DNA of 64,000 nucleotides from Podospora anserina. Lineage: Eukaryota. The first letter of the stretch is position 1, and the number at the start of each line of letters is the position of its first letter. Below are positions 56,712-64,000 of this stretch, piece by piece. The stretch is taken from assembly GCA_017654855.1 (NCBI GenBank), contig CM030337.1, positions 1,116,001 through 1,180,000 of the forward strand. The letters are read 5' to 3'. Position numbers and translations under genes: made by a program. A model generated the notes under the pieces. It searched no databases and was not told the DNA's origin. It worked only from the letters and a program-made list of their open reading frames with translations.

Positions 56712-57850
56712 ATGTCGTCCGCCCTCGAAGCCAAAATCGTCATCCTCGGCTCCCAAGGTGTAGGCAAAACCTCCCTCGTAACCCGGTACTGCAAAGGCGC
56801 CTTCGACCCAGCCAAAACAACCTCCACCGTCGGGGCATCGTTCATGACGAAGAGGGTAGTAGACACAGACACCGACACCCTCGTCCGTCTGCAAATATGG
56901 GACACCGGTACGTTGCGTTCCCCCTCCTCTCCCCCTCGTTCTCCCCCTCCTCTCCCTTATCCCAAATCACTAACTAACCTCTTTTTCCCCCCGTCCATAC
57001 AGCCGGCCAGGAACGCTTCCGCTCCATCTCCCGCCTCTACTACCGCGGCGCAAACGCCTGCATCCTCTGCTACTCTATAACCGACTCGTCCTCCTTCCAC
57101 GAAATGTCCCTCTGGCTCACCGAGCTCCGCCGCAACTTACCTTCTGACATCATCCTCCACGTGGTCGGGACAAAGGCGGATATTGTCGCGAAGGACCCTT
57201 CGAAGAGACAGGTTCCGTTTGAGAGGTGTATCGCCTATGTGGCGGAGAATCTCGCTCCGGGAAGGGGCTCAACCCCCCCTCCGTCCGCCACCCTCCCTTT
57301 ACCCTTTGCACCGTCTTCTTCTGAACTAGCGGCTTCGTCGTCGAACCCGAGATCGAGCGGGTTGTTTTCGGCTATATCGTCCACCGACCCTGGACCGAAA
57401 TCTCCAAGCTCGAAACGGTCGTCTGGGTTTTGGGGCCAGGAGGTGGGGTGGGATGCCTGTCATGAGATTTCTGCCGAGAGCGGGGAGGGGGTGGAGGAGG
57501 TTTTTAGGGTCGTGACGAGGAAGCTGGTGGAGAGGGACAGGAAGATGAGGGCTGATTTGTTGGCTGCTAGTGGGGGGAGGTTGGATGGTGGTGGGTATAT
57601 GGGGCCGGAGACGCCTTTTTTCTCAAGTGTGGCTGCTACGGCGGGGACGGATGATCAGGATGGGGGAGGGCAAGGGGGGTATTTTGATGCTAGGTTTGGA
57701 GTAGGGGGGAATAGTGGGGGGAGTTTTAGGGTGGGAAGGGATAGGAGGAGTTGGTTGTTTAGTCCGGGGTTCAGCACGCCGGGGTTGGGGACGGGGGATC
57801 AGGGCCAGGGGCAGTATGTTGATGGGCAGAGGGGGGGGAGGTGCTGTTAG
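56712..57850 (+). CDS. Divergent Rab-family small GTPase
   Basis: Exons 56712-56907 and 57003-57850. G1 GSQGVGKT, G2 TVGASF, G3 WDTAGQERF, G4 GTKAD, G5 EISA, and a C-terminal CC prenylation motif. Confidence 0.9.
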
Positions 57851-58933
57851 TTTGGAGTGTGGTCGGGAGGAAGGGAGGGGGAGAGGGACAAGGAGGAGGG
57901 GAGGATATGATACCCAAGGAGGAGGAAGGAAGGTCTGGCACTTACACACATTAAGCATATGAGTAACATTGGTATCGATGGGGCGGCGTTACATTTGTTT
58001 TGGACTTTTTTTTCCACTTCTCTTCTCACTGTTTTGAGACTTTTTTTCATATATTTTCTGTTCTGGCATGGCATAGCATTTTTTTTCTTTCTTCGTTGTT
58101 ATCTTGATTTCTTTTAGCAGACACCAACAAGCCAGAAATGGGAAATTCATGGGATGGATATACTACCTAGCGTATTATGTGTATTAACGAGCACACACGA
58201 TTGCATGGCGAGGATGGATATCTGGTTTTCGAGTTCTTTGACCGTTCGAATTATATCCTCATTTCTGTCTCTGTAAATTCATCCGGTAGCGAGAGCGTTG
58301 ATCAAAAGATTCCAACCAGCAAGAGATAACCAGCAAGAGATGTATACCACGATAAGGCATCAATTCCAACCCGACGATATGTCAAGTCTCCAAACACATC
58401 TGCAGTGTGATGTGAACACGCTGTACCTACATTGCTGATCCCTTCCCTCCCACCTGCATGTGACAGCTACTCACACACACACCCTGCCCCCCCCAAACAC
58501 TCTCTCCCCTTCCCCAAGGATTCACATCTTCATATCTCAATCCAAGAAAATATCTCATGTACAAATATAATTAATAATTAAGGTATGTATAGACTTGTGC
58601 CCTTGCGCGTGCCCCTTGCCCGCACCAACGCCCTTTTCCTGTATGCGTTGTATACATGGGGCGTTGGTTTGCAAAACTAATCGCAGTGCAATATGCTGTG
58701 TGTGTTCGTGTAACTTTTTTCATCAATCACATCCCTTATCCTTCCTTTCCCTTTCCCTGTCCTGTCCAAGAACCAAAACCCACCCTCCCGCCAAACCGAC
58801 CCTTTCTGATCTTTTTTTGCCGTGACTAACCGCCCATCACATCCCATTATGGGATGGTCGGTCAACCGGGCCCCAAATCCTCTCCGAAAAATCAACCTTC
58901 TATAGGAGTATGGCATCACATGCCCACCACCAT

Positions 58934-60038
58934 TTACTGCGCCTTCTTGGCTCTAATCTCAGCCAGCTTGCGCTCGCGACGCTTCTTAGACGCCGCCTCA
59001 CCGGCCTCGGTGTCAAGGCAGTAGTCCCACCAGCGGAAAGAAGAGGCATAGTTGCCAATGAAGCGCTCATGGTGAAGATCGTGGTGGTCAGCACCAGCCC
59101 AGAAGGGGAGGATGTGACGAAGAGACCAGGGGAAGTCGTAACCGCTGTGGGCGTCGATGGCCTGGAAGAGGCGGAGGACGATCCAGAGGTACATGGTCAC
59201 AAGGTGGAAGTCGTTGGTGATCAAAGTCCAGACAATGGGGCAGCCGACAATGCCGAAACCGAGGAGCATGACTTCGATGGGAGAGGCGTACTCAGCGGCG
59301 AGACCGAAGGGGGCGCTGTAGGTGTGGTGGAGCTTGTGAATCGACTTGTAGAGGGGACCGTAGTGGAGCGCGCGGTGAAACCAGTAGTGCCATGCATCCT
59401 CGAGGATGAAGAAGATGACGATTTGCATGGCGATCTTCCAGGCGGGAGGGAAGGGGACACCGTACTCCATTCCGAAGTAGGTGGCGATGGGGTGGAAGAG
59501 CCAGATCTGGGGGAGTTCGACGGTGCAGTGACTGATGAGAACGAGAGCGGCGCATTCCCACTGCTCTCTCCATGTTGGGACCTTGGTCTGGGTGGTTGTT
59601 AGTCTGAGCTGCTGTGAATGTGCTTGGTTGCGCGCGCGAGAAACTCACGTTTTGCAACTTCCACTTGTTGAAGAAGGGGATGGCGTCGATGATGATCCAG
59701 GGGAGCGATCTGCCAAAGTAGACGAGCTCGTGCATGACGAAACTCATAATACCCGTCGCGATTGTGTCATTCTGCATCCAGAGGTACCAGGACTAGGTGG
59801 TTGTCAGCATGCTCGGTCGAAAGTGTTGAGATTGGGGGAGGAGGTTCGCGCATACCGCCCAGAGACGCTCGGCAACATTAAGGTCGACGGCGGCCTTGGA
59901 GACCTCGTCGAAGACATTAGAGAAGGTAGCTGTTGAACCCAGACCACCAATGGTCGAGTTGCTGTACAGAAAATGTTAGCTTTCGCCATGACGCGACCGG
60001 AGCGGTGAACGGGATACGGACAGAGCGGCGTACGCCAT
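58934..60038 (-). CDS. ERG25: C-4 methylsterol oxidase
   Basis: Exons 60038-60034, 59961-59856, 59792-59649 and 59587-58934 with consistent phases. His boxes [14 protein letters not shown] and [33 protein letters not shown]. Confidence 0.95.
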
Positions 60039-61236
60039 GATGGGTGATTATGATAAGGGTCCGCAAAGGCAGAGAGAAGAAGGAGTGTAAAGTGAAGATG
60101 TAGAGAGAGATCGCTCCAGCCAGGAGAAGCGGTCGTAGATAAGGGAAAAAAAGGGAGGAAGAAAAAGAACAACGGCCCCCAAGTCGAAAGCTGGTCGCGC
60201 GCGCAATCGAGGAAGATAGGGGAGAGGTAACAAAAAAAGGGTCAGGGATAGGATGGTTTTTTATCGAGAACTGCTGGCACGGTTTGGCATTCCCAATGCA
60301 AAGCTCTAAATGGGCCAATGGCACGGTTCACAGCTGGATCGGCCCACCTCCAAAAACCCCTTTCCGCCTTCCGTGCACGCCAAGTGGGGCATCACCAGCG
60401 AATCAATTGGCTGCGTGGAATCAGTTGAACCAATCCGTTGTCGGGTCGTCTGATGTGTGCCTGCCAAGACACCATACACCGTTACCTGCATGTAAACGGC
60501 AATTTCCGCCTCTTTGGGAACGCTGTTTCTTCCGCTTGTTCACCGTTCACCGCCCGCGTGCTTGTTTCTACCGACCTGTTTCGTTTCAACAACCACTTGA
60601 CTTGCAGGGCCACCGCTACTTGCACATGCTGTCACCGAACCCAGGGACATGGTTGATATCTCATTCAGAAGTGGCCGAGTTTCTTCGAGATCTCGAGACT
60701 GGAGAGCTTATAAAGCCGACTACTCTGTACTCAAGTATGCGTCAAACGGTGCTTGCTTTGTAACAAAGAGTGGGCCACACGGCAGCTATGAAATCATTAC
60801 GCAGCCTGACAGCTTCCCAGTTTGACGGCCACAGAGCCGCTCAGGTTGTATTTTCCAGTTTTTCAATTGATACAAACATTTTCTTTCTCAGCCCTGCGGT
60901 TCTTTCAAAAATTCCCAGTGTTACATTCGCTGTTCCAACATCCCCGCAGGTATTTCCATCGGCGTGATCTCATTTGAATATCTCACGACCCAAACCGCCT
61001 CAAGGATCCCAGCCCCACCAGGGTGGGTTTGATTCGCACCAAACCACCGGATTCCCAACTTCCGCCATCAGTTCGGATGGCCTGATCGGTCCTCTCGGGA
61101 GCCGAAGCTCTGGACTCACAACTCGCCACTTTTTGCGCGTCCATCTCGACACAGCCCCTGAGCAGTTACGTACGGCGGTGAAAGCAACGAATTCGTCGAG
61201 TACCCCGCCTAACCTCGTTTGGGAATCTTTATCAAA

Positions 61237-63503
61237 ATGTCGATTGTGGCCGAGTTAGTAACCCACCCACCACCCACCTACCCCTCCGCGGGGATGGGAT
61301 TCCCCATGTTTTGAAAGATGCATATGTTGACTTTGGCCTTTTTTTGTTGCTATGCAGTCGAGTGCGTCGTCTCGATGCACTCATCGACAAAGTCTCACTT
61401 GTACAGTTGGGGTTTGGTGAGGAAGATGACAATCTGCATCTACGTTCCAACCGTGGCGGGGACTTCCACCTGGCATCAGAACCCCGAGTTACTGAGCTGC
61501 TTCAGATTGCAAAGCAGCTCTCTTCCAGCTCGCTCTCACTGGGCCATATATCCAAGAGGCGAATTCGAAACTTGTTGATTGAGTCTGGCCTGGCAAACGA
61601 GGATCAAAATGAGGAGCTTCACGCTGAGAAATGGATGGTCGAGGTGGATGCTGAATGGCATTTGGTTGGAAAGGCCACTATTCAAACATATGGTCTTTTG
61701 ATGAGCTCCCTGCTTGATCAGATAAAGCCACTGAGCGACGATATCTGGTACTGGGACGAGATCTTGAGCTCCTACCCCAACAGCCTTCTTTACACGATGC
61801 AATCATCACCGGTGCGGATGGGGGAATGGACCAGGGAAGTCTGGCGAGAAAGTTTGGATCGCTTTAACGAGTGGCGACAGCAACAACTCGAGCATCGTTC
61901 AGCCCCTCGATCCCGGCGCGAGTCTAGGACAGACAGGGAGGGGGAGGTACTTACCGCCGGCACCTCATCAACACAGTCAGAATCAGGGTCTGGTGACAAG
62001 AACGCCGCCGCAGAGTCTGTAACTGAAATCAACTTGACACAGCAATGGCGCGAGTTTTATGGTATCGTCCGAGAAAGCATCACGGAAAAGTCTCTGGGTA
62101 ACATCAGGCGTGTCCTTGGTCGGGTTGATACCGGCCGTTCGGATGCCCGACGCAAGCTGGCTCGTCTCCAAAAACTCCGGGAAATGACGGCAACTGGTCT
62201 GGGCGTGCTTTTGGACGAGGGACTCGACATACGGACACCAGACGATGGTTCAGTGGTTGAAGCGACTGTTTACCACGAGGAGTGGCGAGTGGTGCTGGAG
62301 CGAAGCGTTGCTCTGATGGACTCGATCCTCCGCGGTTCGCTCACCCTCGAACACAATATGAAAGAGTTCGAAGACAACATCTTTTCCGGTGTTCAGCACG
62401 ATCCCGAGTTGTCAATTCACACAGATGACGCTGCGCAGGCTGCAAGACCTGCCATCCTTGCCCGCCGACTCCTCAACATCCTTGACGAGGGCATTCCCCA
62501 GCATGCCGTGTCTACCTCGGTGTTGGCCCGCAAGAATGGTCGCCCTTCCCGACTCGTCAGATACTGGATTCCGGCCATCGCTCTCCTCCTTTCGTCCTCG
62601 ACAATCCTCCGCGTTCTTGTAAACAGGAAAGCCGACATTATCAACTGGATACGGGATCTTGGTGCAACCACTCGGGATTTTTGGTTCAACTGGGTGGTGG
62701 AGCCGATCAAGAAGGTCATCGGTACGATCCGTCACGATGAAGCCAGCGAGATTGCCATCATGAGCCGCGACAGCTTGAAAGCCGATCGCGAAAGTCTGGA
62801 GCGCATGGTGGTGGAATTCTCTCGAGACAACCCTGACATTGCTGTTGGTAATTCAACCATCACCGAGGCCCAGGTTGCTGAGATCCGGACTCGGGTGAAG
62901 GAGGGAGATGTTACTCCCATCCTGAAAGCATACGAAAAGGATCTGAAGAAGCCCTTTGTGGGCGCCATCAGGGGAGATTTGGTCCGGTCGGTTCTCATCC
63001 AGGTGCAGAAGACAAAGGTCGATCTTGAGGTGGCTATCAGCGGCATTGATGCGCTGCTGAAGAGTCAAGAATTGGTGTTTGGTTTTATTGGGCTGACACC
63101 CGGTATTCTTGGTACGGTTATCCTTGGTTCTTGACAATCTGGACATGGCTGACACGTTGCAGTCTCGATTGGAATTATTCAATATTTCAGAACAGCATTC
63201 GGCAGCCGCAAGGGCTTGCGCCGTGGCCAGCGAGCTCGCCGCACCCGTCGTGTCTTGCGCAAGATGGATAGAATATTGACCGAGGCGCAACACAACCTCC
63301 AGGACAACACCATTTCTTACCGGGACCGCGGTCTGTTGGTCTGCGAAGCTCACGTCCTACGCAACCTCACTCAGGGAAATCTTCCTCGCGAGGTTGAAAA
63401 GGAGTTTATTGAGGATCTCGATGAGTTCGCAAAGGCTAGGGCGGTTCCCGAGCTGTTCAGGGTGCTTGACAGGATCCGCTGGGCATATTCGGAGTATTTT
63501 TAG
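61237..63503 (+). CDS. NCA2: Nuclear control of ATPase protein 2 (mitochondrial)
   Basis: Exons 61237-61253, 61358-63111 and 63163-63503. Contains DDIWYWDEI, RPSRLVRYW, SLERMVVEF, YEKDLKKPF and IQVQKTKVDLEVAISGIDALLKSQELVFG. Confidence 0.9.
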
Positions 63504-64000
63504 ACAAGAAATAGACCTATCATGATGATTATGAGAACAATGTCAAGACTGGCGGATTGATAACACGTTGTGGCGTAGTGGGGCTTGTCTGTGTGACCCT
63601 TGGCCCCAGCGCTCGGCCAGGCCCTGTGGTTGCTGCTGCCAAGACCCCTGGTGACCTGTGGCCGCTGTCCCTCTCGCTGCATGACCTCCCAAGCTTCCAG
63701 TTGCGTGTTGAGGCTCACCTCCAGGACAATTTGCAAAGGGACGTCACCGATTGCTCTTTGTCGCCATCTTTTCCCGCCGAGTCCGTTGTGTCTTCTGACC
63801 ATCCCGACACGCCCGCCGCCGTCGAGTTTCTCCCCGCCGGTGCCGCTGCAACCTAGAACACGACGCTTTGATTACGCAGTCCCTGGATTCCTGGGAAGCG
63901 ACCATTGCTTCCAGGTTGCTCTCTGCTCTGCTGCTCTTGTAAGTTCAAGGCCATCCTTTCGTCCTGCCCACCCTCACCGACTTTACACAACTACCGATCA

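Noticed and set aside
35355-60038. ERG1 and ERG25 as a sterol biosynthetic gene cluster
   Set aside because: They are about 22 kb apart with eight unrelated genes between them and no cyclase or tailoring genes.
63557-64000. ORFs at the right window edge
   Set aside because: No recognisable protein in any frame, and the region is truncated by the window boundary.

Overview
Gene-dense eukaryotic chromosomal DNA from a filamentous ascomycete. Short GT-AG introns with CTRAC-type branch points, a dispersed 5S rRNA gene, and the style of the sequence suggest Sordariales, probably Podospora-like; this is an inference. I can support 23 protein-coding genes. Housekeeping genes are ALG5, NAM9, La/LHP1, a G-patch protein, an SDR oxidoreductase, a VAMP7-like R-SNARE, SUV3, a UCH/YUH1 deubiquitinase, SLH1/ASCC3, ERG1, a PPR-like protein, an MME1-like mitochondrial carrier, an IMP2-like peptidase, eIF2-alpha, NTE1, an AFG2/Drg1-like AAA ATPase, a divergent Rab, ERG25 and NCA2. 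There are also four uncharacterised ORFs and one 5S rRNA gene. I recognised no transposon, CRISPR array or secondary-metabolite cluster. Two signals are unexplained. First, two AT-rich degenerate arrays with 21-nt periodicity and an AGGCCT core bracket the AAA-ATPase CDS on both sides. Second, many genes have a C-rich block followed by a G-rich block on the sense strand. Gene names come from motif recognition only; no searches were run.
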